A stretch of DNA of 64,000 nt, from contig MU004197.1 of assembly GCA_010093605.1 (NCBI GenBank), positions 868,001 through 932,000 on the forward strand, read 5' to 3'. The notes below the pieces were generated by a model. The model was not told where the DNA came from. It ran no database searches and saw only the letters and a program-made list of their open reading frames with translations. This document shows, in pieces, positions 1 through 10,956 of this stretch (positions within the stretch are counted from its first letter, which is position 1; the number at the start of each line of letters is the position of its first letter). The position numbers were made by a program, and so were the translations under genes. Source of the stretch: Lophium mytilinum. Lineage: Eukaryota.

Positions 1-79
1 AAATCAACTCAATGCATCTGATGCATTTCCGCATCGAGATCTCCTCCATCTTCCTTCAACCCCACCTTAACATGCCTCC

Positions 80-1015
80 ATGACATCCACCAACGACGAC
101 CAGCAGTCTCTCCAAAACGAGATAGCTAGTCTTGAGCGAAAACTTCGAGATGCAAAAGCCAGACTGACCACCGACGCCCCTCTGGCCCCTTCTACACCAG
201 CGAACGATGTTGGTTAGTTTCGCTCCATTAGGTACCCTCTTCTCGTCCCCACATCTGACCGCATCATAGCTCTCCATGCACTGCTACTTCTTTCAGACTC
301 CGCCCTCCCTTTGGGCTCATTTGCTTTCAGCAGCGGCCTAGAGTCCTACCTCGCCCATCACCGGCCGTCCCCACCCACAGCGTCCCAGGTCCCATCTTTC
401 CACACCTTCCTCCGCCTCTCCCTCTCCACTCTTGCCAGCACCGCTTTGCCATACGTGCTCGCAGCATACCGAGAGCCAGAGAAGATAGAAACGCTTGACA
501 ACGATTTCGACGCCAGCACGCCATGCACCGTAGCCCGCCGCGCGAGCGTCACCCAAGGGCGCGCCCTTCTCGCGATATGGGACCGCAGCTTCCGGTCACA
601 CTACACCGAGTCGTCTAAAGCCAACGGCCATGCGGTGGGGCTAGATTCTCTTACGAGCTTTCAAGCGCTGATACGCAGTGCATCGTCTGCTGAGGATGGC
701 TTCCAGCGCAATGCGCATCTGGCCCCGCTCTGGGGTCTTACGACCAGAATCTTGCAGGTCCCGCTGCATGATGCGGCGTATCTATTCTTATTCTCGCACG
801 CGAGAACGGTCATTAGTGCTGCGGTGAGGGCGAGTGTGCTGGGACCGTATCAAGCGCAAGGTGTGCTTGCGAGTCAAGATTTGCAGGAGAGGATCAGATC
901 TTTAGTGGAAGAGATGTGGGAACGGAAGGTGGAAGATGCGGGTCAGACGGTGCCGGTGATGGATCTGTGGGTTGGCAGGCACGAGAAGCTGTATAGCAGG
1001 ATATTCAATTCGTGA
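80..1015 (+). CDS. ureF: Urease accessory protein UreF (2 exons; intron 213-269)
   Basis: Splicing GTTAGT...CTGAC...CATAG gives MTSTNDDQQSLQNEIASLERKL...ALHALLLLSDSALPLGSFAFSSGLES; C-terminal DLWVGRHEKLYSRIFNS is the UreF signature ending. Confidence 0.93.
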
Positions 1016-2713
1016 GAGCATGTAAGAGCAGTCTTCAAAAGATTTCACACATAGTATCTTCAAAACTAGCACGCTTTGCACCAAACTTCGAAATCGAGAG
1101 CGAGCAGGTTGATTTCCGTCCCTCTATTCCTTTGCTGTAAGATTCTCATGGATTAACTACGCTCATCTTCTTTGCGCTGCTAAATACCAGGCCCCGGACA
1201 TCTGCTAGCAGCTCCATCAAAGCCTCCCGCTCGGATCGACCATATGCCTTCGAAACTAGTTTCTGGTCGCTTCCCATATCTCTGAGACACGCCACCCACT
1301 TTTCCGCTGGATCGCAGTCTGCATTTCTGTCGCAACCAATGCCGACCACGAATTTCCCCATGGGCAAAGAGAAATAGGCATTGCCTGTATTGAAATGAGA
1401 GTGGGCTCAGACATCAAAGGTTCACCAGTGATGAAGGGAACACGTACTCAGAATTCTTTGGTCGTGAACCAGATGAAGTGAGCGTCTTTTGCGGGATCCG
1501 ATATCGCGGTCAAGGTCGGGGTTTCTGAGGCTGTGTCCGACGTGATGGTCCTTTGAGAGTTTGTCACCCCCGATCCGGTTCGAGCATGTGCGTTCGGGTC
1601 TGTTACAGTGCTTTTCCCATCATCTACATAAGAGTTGTAGGTCCCAGCATCTGAATATAGGTCCGACATGGTGCTCTTCGAAGGTCTTTTGGGGTTGATC
1701 TGGGTCCAGTAGTTGAACTGGTTTCTGGCAAGCTGTGTGAGCGAAAGGACCTCAAGCTATTTGAAGGGAAAGCCCTGCCCTAAATATAAGTGCTCTGGTT
1801 CTTTTCTTCTTCACAAACACAACAACTCTCCTTATCTTGTATATCTGTAGCTTTGTCGGAACAAAAAGCTTTCATGGTGGAAGTCTGACGGGAGAACAAA
1901 CCTGCCTCTTTCATCATTTGTTGGACATACTTATTCTGTTTCTGAGTTTCACAAAGTCTCAGAGCGGGAGTGTCTAGATAGTCCATCTAACAAGTGAGAG
2001 GAAACACAAACCACAATCGACGTATTTCCAGGGCCCCATAGACCAAGCTGGAATTTTAGGAGGTTTGAGTTCACTCGCCTGTGGGATTCCAGTGACGACG
2101 CATTACAGATCAAAGTGTCTTGGAGTGCTGTTTGAGCGCTACATGCCACTGTTTGAGGGCCCCCAACATCCTCCCCAATCCCAGGAGAAGATGTCAAGCC
2201 CCTCAGCACGTGATTCTGGACAAACGTCATTTTGAAAAACATGCTTCTAGCTATTTACGACTTTCTGAAGCCTCCACAAGCGAGTGGCTTCTCTTGGATA
2301 GAGAGGCGCTGCCGTTGCGTTCTCAGTTCGGTGGAGGCGTAGCACCACGAAAAGCACATATTGATTGCCATGTCTCTTGGTATCTCCATGCTACCCAATC
2401 AGGCTTTGAATGCCAAGGTCGAGTCGCTTTCAGTTGGCGTTAGAGACTGAGTTCTCGTATACAGCGGAAAACGCCGCTTTTATAGATAGCCGTGGAACAA
2501 AACAGAGAACGGGAGTGAGGGCTTGGCTTTCAGCTTTCGCCAAAATGAGACGCGAGATCGGGATGTGGAGAGTTTGATTTGGGAGCTGAGGTCTGAGGTT
2601 TAGTATTGGAGTCTATATATTGAACTTATTTCCGATTGATAGTAAGTTTGACACGCTGGGATCGGTCTACAGAAGTCGAATATAAGAACGATAACGCTTC
2701 ACGGACCTTCAGA

Positions 2714-3457
2714 ATGCTTCCTTCAATAAACCGCCGCTTCGCAAACATCGCGCTGCTTGTACCCTACTCCGCCCTCGCACAACTCACATCTACCGCTATA
2801 TATCCCACCGACTATTCCTCTTTCTGTACTGACCCTTCTCGTATCTCGTAGGGTTTTCCTTACCCGATCCCTTCAACATCAACTAAATATCCATCCAGCA
2901 CCTACGATGCCTGCATCACTTCCGTCTCCAGCGCCTACGCCGGCTGCTCAGACACAGACTATGGCTGTCTTTGCCCAGCCGTCAAAGCAGAATTCAAGTA
3001 AGAATTAGAAATCACACTTCAATTACTTCACCTTGGCTCCTTCGCCACAAGCGTGTCTAACTCAAGCATCAATAGCTGTATGACAGCCTACTGCCCCCAA
3101 TACACCGGCGGCGTGTGCGCTGTCTCCAAGGCAGCCCACGACATTTGCGTCGCCGCGAACATGGCAGCCCCGACTGTCAAAGACTACGCATGCCCAAGCT
3201 CACTTGTTGAGTCCTACTTTGGGCCCACAGATGTCCCGAGTGGGACTGCCACGGATGCTCCTACAGCGGCCAAGGGGACCAGCGCGTTGACCAAGGGGAG
3301 CAAGGCGCCTACTACGGCTGGATGTACAGTTGCTGGGTCCACACCGACAAGCACGAGTGGCGCCATGGTTGCGCTTGGTAGTCCGATGACTGGCACTTTG
3401 GCCGCGCTGGCAAGCATGCTGGTCTCGGGTTTCGGCAGGATGGCAGTGTTCTTGTAG
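2714..3457 (+). CDS. Secreted cysteine-rich, probably GPI-anchored protein (CFEM-like); 3 exons
   Basis: Signal-like MLPSINRRFANIALLVPYSALAQ; two phase-2 introns (GTAGGG at 2848, GTAAGA near 2998) join YDACITSVSSAYAGCSDTDYGCLCPAVKAEFNCMTAYCPQ; Ser/Thr/Ala stalk; hydrophobic tail SGAMVALGSPMTGTLAALASMLVSG...AVFL. Confidence 0.75.
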
Positions 3458-4131
3458 CCTTCGGCGATTTATGGGATGGGCATGTGGGCATGTGCCTGTT
3501 TGTGTGAGACATATGAGATATGAGTCTTCTTGATGACGGGATGTTAGATGCCTATTAGGCTTTGACGAATGTATTGCAGAGAAGACTGTGACAAGCACTA
3601 TCCAAATAGAGTACTAAGAAATCGCATTCATAAAAGCGTAGATTACCATGGTGGTCAATATGGGCGTGATTTGGAGCGATGAAGAGATAAAGAAACTAAT
3701 GATAGACTGGGTACCTTGGTGCATATGATCATGAGCCGAATGTCATCTGATCCAGGATTCTGTGGTAAGCTAGGCACCCGTGAACCGTGGTACAGAGTCA
3801 TGCCTCCTGATGGACTAATTGCATGCTGAGATAGGGAGATAGGGGTAAGAGTCTCAGAATCTGATTACACGGCCATATCGTCGTCATGAGCAGGATTTAG
3901 ACGGCCGGCCGGAGGAGAGTTCCCCCCGCTCATTTCAGTTCCTGGCTTCGCACAAGCTCCAAAACACCAACAAAGCCCCGCCGCCACCGTGTTCTTTTTT
4001 ACAATCCACCACAGCCTCCTTACCTTCTTTGCTTCACTGGCAACAGATATACCCCTCCCGCGCCGGCCTACGTGCCACCGACCGCGTTCGCAACCTAGAG
4101 CCTCGCAGTCCGGAACCCCGCAAATGCCACC

Positions 4132-4874
4132 ATGGAGCAGAGACGACCCCCCGAGTATATTCTCGAGGTGTTTGCAGATCCAGCATGCGTCAAGGACATC
4201 GTAAAAGGTACTACGTCTTGTCCGGCCCTGAGAATACTCCGAGGCCAGCCTGGTGGCGAACCTTTAGGCTTTGGCAGATCTTGATTGCTAACCCCTCATT
4301 TTCGTAGCAATTCTACATACGATATTCTTCCACCGCTATTTCTCCTCCATATCGCCTCTGACCCGTGATCTCCTCGATCTTACTCTGCCTGCCATCGACG
4401 ACGTCGACCTCGAGACTCTCATCGACCAGCGCAGCGCCGCCCTTGTCCGTGCGATCGAGTCTGCCCACCAGCAGCGGGGTCGTGGTCAGCTTGCGGTTCA
4501 GTTCTTTGAGAAGCGAAGAAGGAAGACTTATTTCTCGTTTGGCAAGGCCGACGAGGAGGTTTGCTGGGAGCAGTGGATGCTGGACGTCACTCTAGCCACC
4601 CCGCGAACAGAGACGGGTGAGTGATAGCCTTATATCAGCCGCGCTACACCTTCAACCACATTACTAATGCTAGTGTGCTATCGCAGACGTTATCAAAGTC
4701 CGCCGCGCAATGGAGATGTCCCTCCACAAAGCTGCGCTCAAAATCGTCAACATCGTCAATCGTGACAAAGACCACATTCCACCCATCACGACCACCGACG
4801 CGAACCCCTTCCCGTACCAGATCGTGGTCAACCCTAAGTCTGACGGATGGGGACAGCGCATGGGCATATTCTAA
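4132..4874 (+). CDS. ATG101: Autophagy-related protein 101 (3 exons; not shown in the ORF track)
   Basis: Spliced product MEQRRPPEYILEVFADPACVKDIVKAILHTIFFHRYF...LAVQFFEKRRRK...EEVCWEQW...NRDKDHIPPITTTDANPFPYQIVVNPKSDGWGQRMGIF; ILHTIFFHR, CWEQW and HIPPI are Atg101 hallmarks. Confidence 0.92.
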
Positions 4875-5836
4875 TTGCAATGACTCCATTCAACTGGGTC
4901 GAAAGAGCTTGGTGTACATAGCGAGACGTGGGGAAGGTCCCCGAAAAGATGACGCGGAAAAGCACTCTTTGCTTCCCAGGGATTACGGACTTTAGACAGG
5001 GCCTCTCTTTTTGGATTTTCCTTTCTGCCGGCGAGAAAAGGACTGTACAGTGCCGCACTCGTGTAGCGCGAGTGTAGGCAAGTAATGACTTGATGAGGGT
5101 TGCGGTTTCTTTGATCGTTACGAGATACCCAGTCGGCATCATATACAAAGTGTTGCCTTGAAACGACCTTACGAGATATGGTGTATACCTGTTACGCGCT
5201 GCACGCTGGAAAGCTATGTCCTGTCTTGTCCTACATGTTCTAAACGTGAATGTTCCCATGGAGGGGTACCCCGACAAGAACTCAAAGATTCGAGAGGGCG
5301 ATATCAAGTTTCAAGCAGTGTATATCAGACTGCTTCTTGACTAATTAGCGGCTCCGCAGTCAGGCTACCCCCTACAGTGGTGTCAAGTGAGCAACATTGG
5401 AGCTAAGCAGTGACAGATTCGTGTGCCCAGACTTATGGTCTACTACAACTACCTAGGTAACGACCAATCACCGCCAGTCAGATCGAGATAGACAAAATCA
5501 CTGCGCCACGCACAGCCACAGGTGGTTGGGACTCTTCCCGCCATTCGATTTATCGACACCACCTCCACAGCCAGCATGCACGCCGTCTGGCCACCGTGAC
5601 GCTGAGCCATAGCCTTGACCAGGTAAACGAGCCAGGCTATGGCAGTGACTAGTTCTGTACATCTCTTCTTCACCTTGCAAGAGCGTGGGCACTTTCTCCT
5701 CAAAATTGTCAAAACAACCACCAACAGGAGCTAGCCTACGTGTCTGCTACGTTACATTCTCTACTCACGCGTTACTAATAGTCCTACATACCCTAGTGCG
5801 CGAATTGCGACCCTAGAAGTCGCGATATCCTTCACT

Positions 5837-7456
5837 ATGCCCTTTATACCTCACACCCCCGAAGCCCTCCTTCCGCGCTCCGACTCGAAGAATCCCGCGA
5901 CAACCTGCAAGGGCATTACTTCCAGCGGCCGGCCCTGTCGAAGGGGCCTTGCGGCTGCGAAGTCCCCATTGCGTTCGTCGAATGGCGTCCTAGCTGTAGT
6001 ATCCGTACATGATGGAGTTGAGGACGGCTCTGGCGCCGCTGCCTTCTTTTGCTGGCAGCACAAGGACCAAGCCGAACAACTGGCGGCTGCGAATAATCGT
6101 CCTCAGAATGAGGAGGATGTTACAAAGCTATACCCGCTACAAGAGCGAAGTAGTATCGATACGCTCGTTGCGAGATTGGGTATACTGGAGGTTGACGACT
6201 CGAATCAAAATTCGAGGAAGTCGAAGAAAGAACGACGCCAAGAGGCGGAGGGGACACCGACCCGTCCTCCGAGGAAAATCAATAGACCGCCAACGTGGGA
6301 TAAGGTTGAAGGGCCGCTGATGTCGGTGCCGGGGGATCTGATGGCTGCTGGGGAGCGAAGGAGCGCGAAAAGACCAGCGGAAAGTCGGCCAGTGCGGCCA
6401 TCAAGACCACCGCCTAGGAAACAGTCGTTTTGGGCCTCGCTGTGCTGCGGAGCGGCCGACGATGACTACGTGGAAGTCGTCAGGCATAAGAAGAGGGTGC
6501 AGCCCACAACAGATGATTCTACGACCCTTTCGGTGCCAGCCATGCCCCAGTATTCAGAGACAGTTTCCAATACGTCAGGCAGAAGACCCGAATATCCACG
6601 ACCTCGGCCGGCCATAGCGTCCGCTTCCTCACAAGCAAGTGCTCCTCCGAGGAAGCCACTAGGAGAAAAGACTGCCAGACCCATGAACAAAACTAACCCT
6701 TCGGCCAAATCGGAGACCCAGACGCTTCTATCCTATATTCCCCCATCTTTGTCACCCCAGAAAGCTTCCTCTCTACTAGCGGAGCTCTCCAAACCAATTT
6801 CTCCATATGACGAAGCAGGCTTCATCTATATATTTTGCCTCAGCTCCGACCCAAACAGCACCCCATCAACCGACGCCGCCACCCTCCTCGCTCCACCTTC
6901 AAGAGCCCCAAATGGCCGCCGCGTCAGCGACGTCCTCCTCGAATACTCGAACCAACCACGCAAGCAAGCAAGCACGAGTACTGGATCCCCAGGGCGAACT
7001 GCAGGACCCGGAACTCTCCTCCTCAAAATCGGCCGCGCGTCCAACGTCCACCGCCGCATGAACGAGTGGTCCCGCCAATGCGGCTACACACCGTCACTCG
7101 TCCGCTACTACCCCTACGTCCCATCCTCCGCTTCGCCGTCCCCTTCTGGATCGCCGTCAGGCTCCCCGGCTGCGTCGAGACGCCCGTCTCTCCAACCTGG
7201 TTCGCAGCCATCTGATCCGATTCGTCGGGTCTCTGAGGTTTCGGGTAGTCGGAAGACGCCGCATGTGCACCGGGTCGAGCGGTTGATTCATCTGGAGCTG
7301 GCAGAGAAGCGCACGCAGCATGATTGTGAGGCGTGCGGGAAGACGCATCGGGAGTGGTTCGAGGTAGAAGCAACGAGGCAAGGGATCAGGGGGGTGGATG
7401 AGGTTGTGAAGAGGTGGGTTGGGTGGGCTGAAAAGGCGGGATTGGGGGAGCTGTGA
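5837..7456 (+). CDS. MUG113/T5orf172 (GIY-YIG-like) domain protein
   Basis: Intronless 539-aa ORF; N-terminal CKGITSSGRPCRR...FCWQHKDQ; C-terminal GFIYIF...LLKIGRASNVHRRMNEWSRQC...HRVERLIHLEL...CEACGKTHREWF. Confidence 0.85.
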   Translation: MPFIPHTPEALLPRSDSKNPATTCKGITSSGRPCRRGLAAAKSPLRSSNGVLAVVSVHDGVEDGSGAAAFFCWQHKDQAEQLAAANNRPQNEEDVTKLYPLQERSSIDTLVARLGILEVDDSNQNSRKSKKERRQEAEGTPTRPPRKINRPPTWDKVEGPLMSVPGDLMAAGERRSAKRPAESRPVRPSRPPPRKQSFWASLCCGAADDDYVEVVRHKKRVQPTTDDSTTLSVPAMPQYSETVSNTSGRRPEYPRPRPAIASASSQASAPPRKPLGEKTARPMNKTNPSAKSETQTLLSYIPPSLSPQKASSLLAELSKPISPYDEAGFIYIFCLSSDPNSTPSTDAATLLAPPSRAPNGRRVSDVLLEYSNQPRKQASTSTGSPGRTAGPGTLLLKIGRASNVHRRMNEWSRQCGYTPSLVRYYPYVPSSASPSPSGSPSGSPAASRRPSLQPGSQPSDPIRRVSEVSGSRKTPHVHRVERLIHLELAEKRTQHDCEACGKTHREWFEVEATRQGIRGVDEVVKRWVGWAEKAGLGEL

Positions 7457-8143
7457 TAGTCCTCTGAATCGGGCTTGGTAGTATGTTTTGGCATTTCACG
7501 ATTTATGATGATGGATACCATTTATGGACACAGAATTCGGACGAGACATGTGTAGATGAGGGGATATCGTACATTTTTAGAGACGGCGTATGGCAGTAAA
7601 CATATTTATAACCCCTTCTCACTCGTCCCGGTTTATAATTTCGTTTCCCATCCCAGAACACTCTTTCTCGCATGCTTCCTCGCCAACCAGGTCTTTCGAA
7701 TCCAACAGTTTCAAGTGGCTCTAGTGGTCCAGGTATGGACTCAGAGGCTTTTAAGAGATTTGATCGTTGACAACTATTTAAGATAGCGTGAGAATCGTAT
7801 CACGTGGGTACAAACGCACGGTCCCCACCTAAAGTAAACCTGGAGCGGATCAACTCTGACACTCAACATCTCCATCCAACATGTCCAGGCCCTGTGGTAT
7901 ACCCCTTTGTGCCATCTCGTGGTGAGTTTGCAGGCGATACCAACCACAAAACCGGGGCAGAAGTCAGTAATGAAGGCCTGGTTCGCCAGGATAGTGTTGG
8001 CAGGTTAGGAAACCTTTGATACACCACATTTACGAGGTAGGCTGACCACAGGACAAGGTCATAGATTGTAGAGGCAACATAATACAGAAGCGTCAGGAGG
8101 TCATGTTACGTCAGGAGAACGGCGTGTGGAACAGACTACGAAA

Positions 8144-9034
8144 ATGGCAATCCAATTACAGGTCATGTCCGACCTCCACCTCGAGACGCCCGTCACCCGT
8201 CCCGCGTACTCCCAATTCGTCATAACGCCTCAATGTCCGAACCTCGCGCTCCTAGGAGATATCGGAAACGTCGTAGACCCTCGTCTCCTCGAATTTCTTC
8301 GTGCTCAACTACAACACTTCGAACTCGTGTTCTTCCTCCTTGGCAACCATGAGCCCTACGACAGCAACTACTCCATCACCATAGAACGCCTACGCAAATT
8401 CGAGAAAGAAGCCAACCAAGCGCGTCAAGTGCCAAACTCCGCTTGCGGGAGGTTCGTTTTCCTGGACCAAACGCGCTTCGATATCTCTGGCTCTGTCACT
8501 ATCCTTGGCTGCACCTTCTTCTCGCAGATCGCAGACGAGCAGAAAGACTCGATCACGCGATTTGTGTCTGATTTCGAGAAGATCGAAGGTTGGACTGTTG
8601 ACCAACATAACGCGGCACATGAAGATGATCTAGCTTGGCTGAATGCGCAGGTTACGGCGATCGAGCAAGACGAGCCGTGGCGTTCGATCGTGGTTCTCAC
8701 GCATCATAGCCCAACGCTCTTGCCCACGGCTCATGATGCGAGGCATTTGGAGGATGGGAATGAAGTCAGAAGCGCGTTCGTGACGGATGTGAGCCGCGAA
8801 CGGTGTTGGACGAGCAAGAACGTGAAGGTTTGGGCTTTTGGGCACACACATTTCAATTGCGATTTTGAAGATGATAGGACCGGTATAAGGGTGGTTGCTA
8901 ATCAGAAGGGGTATTCAAGGACAGAGAATGTGACCTTTGATGTTGAGAAAGTCATCGAGATCGAAGGAATGTCGGCCGTCAAGAGGAGGTGGAAGACAAG
9001 CAAAGGGAAGTCCCACAAGTGCGTTGTCCAATAA
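8144..9034 (+). CDS. Calcineurin-like metallophosphoesterase
   Basis: Metal-binding motifs SDLHLE, LLGDIG, LGNHE, THHSP and FGHTH; first ATG at 8144. Confidence 0.9.
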   Translation: MAIQLQVMSDLHLETPVTRPAYSQFVITPQCPNLALLGDIGNVVDPRLLEFLRAQLQHFELVFFLLGNHEPYDSNYSITIERLRKFEKEANQARQVPNSACGRFVFLDQTRFDISGSVTILGCTFFSQIADEQKDSITRFVSDFEKIEGWTVDQHNAAHEDDLAWLNAQVTAIEQDEPWRSIVVLTHHSPTLLPTAHDARHLEDGNEVRSAFVTDVSRERCWTSKNVKVWAFGHTHFNCDFEDDRTGIRVVANQKGYSRTENVTFDVEKVIEIEGMSAVKRRWKTSKGKSHKCVVQ

Positions 9035-9859
9035 GATCTGGATTGAGAGTTGGCCGGACGTCTAGTTGTAATGGTGGAAGTGTTTGCTATCCTGAACCTC
9101 CGCGAGGGTAGGTTTGGCATCCTTACAACTCATCTTTTATCGTCTACTGCTCGTTCTGCATTTCAAATTTTGCTAACCTTTAACCTCGTCGACGACATAG
9201 GCCGATGAGGCTACCGTTGTAGTAATTACCGACCCCTTGGCCTTCAAGAACCTGAGGACTCGAAACTCGTGGTATAGTCAAGTGGGGCATATTAGAGAGA
9301 TTTATCACAGCAGAAAGACCGTTTGGCAGCACTGCAAAATATGTCTTCACTCATGCATCATCTCACCAGTGGAACCAGTGGGCCCATTTTAAGTTTGAAG
9401 TTCTTCGCTACGCAGCCGAGTAACATTACTTGCCGTAGTTTCAGTTTGCACTTAGTTCGCATATGTGCCGTTCCTGCCAAGATCTCAATCTCGTCTTCTA
9501 ACCCAATCGGGTATGAGGACCGCGGCGATGATACACACTTTCCCGAATATTGTTCCAGTGGCTCGTCTTCAAAGACTTTGCAAGCTAACGGGCGTTTTGC
9601 GGGCTTTTTGAGCTCCGCTCCCGCTGTCCGTTGTTTTGTCTAGATCCAGAGTCCTGTTTCGTTTCTATTACGAGCTTGGCAGTACATCCGAGGCAGTACT
9701 CTAAGATTCTCTATATATGTGTAAATCCTCGAACTCTACAACAAGCCCAGTAGGAAATCTCAGTTTCATCCACTCGTTCTGTTCGTTCTTTTTTCAATTT
9801 TTTCACTTCTATTCGTTTGAATCATTAAGATTCGATTCCCCTTCATCCCCCAGCACAAG

Positions 9860-10858
9860 ATGCCTTCTATCACTCTTTCTCGCGTCGCCCTGTTGACCAG
9901 CGGCTTCGTGGCCCATTTGGCCCAGGCTTACACCCAGGTCGACGTCGCCTCTCCCTTCATGTACAAGAATATCGACCCTATCGTCTTTCCCGGCCAGTAC
10001 GACAAATCCCACCTGCATTCGTTCTTCGGCTCAGATGCTGTGACGATCAACACGACAACAAGCGCCGAGCTGCAGAAAGGCTGCACCAACGTCGAAAACC
10101 CTAACGACCTGTCCGTGTATTGGGTGCCTACACTGCTGTACCAGAAGGACGGCTCATGGGAACCCGTGCCCGTCATGCGCTTCAGCGCCTACTACAGTCT
10201 GGGCGACACCAAAGCCGAGGTGCCCATTCCTCAAAATGTCAAGATGCTCGCAGGCAAGGCAACCGCCACGACGGCCGCTGAAATGCCCGCCGAAGCGCAC
10301 GCCGAGTGGTTCTGTGAGGGCAGCAGCAGCGGCGCGGCGGACACCAACGGCTTTCCCAGCAGCACGTGCGCTACGCACTTACAGCAACTGCTGTACTTCC
10401 CCAACTGCGTCAATACTGACACGCTGGAGACGGCGTACAAGGCCGGTCAGCCCGGCAACTACAAAGCATGCCCGGCTGGTATGAAGGCGATGCCCCAGCT
10501 GCGCTTCAGCGTCCGCTATGACCTTCGCAAGGTGCTGCCCAATGGCTGGAGTGGGACTGCGCCGGTACAGCTGGCTTGTGGTAGCGCTTATTGCAGCCAT
10601 GGAGACTTCATCAATGGCTGGACGGAGGATGCCGCGCAGAATATGGTCGAAGCTACGAGCTCGAAGAATAAGTTCGCGGCTGTTGATGGCAGTTTGGGCA
10701 GTGATGGGGAGAAGCCTACGTGCAAGTCTGCTGATGCGGATCCGGATCATGGCACAAGCGACTACGCGGAAAGTGTGGCGGCTATGGGTAAGCGGTCTGT
10801 CCCTGCTGTGGGCTGGGTTTCTAGGAATAGGCTGGTCCGGAGCTTGAGCACGAAGTGA
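9860..10858 (+). CDS. Secreted DUF1996-domain protein
   Basis: Signal peptide followed by KNIDPIVFPG...HLHSFFG...DLSVYWVPTL...LYFPNC...HGDFINGW, the recalled DUF1996 pattern. Confidence 0.88.
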   Translation: MPSITLSRVALLTSGFVAHLAQAYTQVDVASPFMYKNIDPIVFPGQYDKSHLHSFFGSDAVTINTTTSAELQKGCTNVENPNDLSVYWVPTLLYQKDGSWEPVPVMRFSAYYSLGDTKAEVPIPQNVKMLAGKATATTAAEMPAEAHAEWFCEGSSSGAADTNGFPSSTCATHLQQLLYFPNCVNTDTLETAYKAGQPGNYKACPAGMKAMPQLRFSVRYDLRKVLPNGWSGTAPVQLACGSAYCSHGDFINGWTEDAAQNMVEATSSKNKFAAVDGSLGSDGEKPTCKSADADPDHGTSDYAESVAAMGKRSVPAVGWVSRNRLVRSLSTK

Positions 10859-10880
10859 GAAGGTGCTTAAAGAGGATTCA

Positions 10881-10956
10881 TGTACATATACCTTTGGAGT
10901 GGTTTCTTGTACATACTTTGAAGTGTTTCTTGTACATACTTTGAAGTGTTTCTTGT
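10881..10956. repeat. 23-bp tandem repeat just 3' of the DUF1996 stop
   Basis: GTTTCTTGTACATACTTTGAAGT at 10902-10924 and 10925-10947, a partial third copy to 10956, and a degenerate copy at 10881-10901. Confidence 0.9.

Noticed and set aside
1685..1755. TTGATCTGG...GCGAAAGGA resembling part of a fungal TPP riboswitch
   Set aside because: The CTGAGA element and the P5 ATAATxCCAG spacing are missing, and it is not in an intron of a thiamine-related gene.
5837..7456. GIY-YIG-like domain as a homing endonuclease or mobile element
   Set aside because: The architecture matches an ordinary fungal MUG113-type nuclear gene, with no intron host, repeats or element boundaries.
10881..10956. 23-bp repeats as a CRISPR array
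   Set aside because: Units are directly adjacent with no spacers, there are no cas genes, and the genome is eukaryotic.
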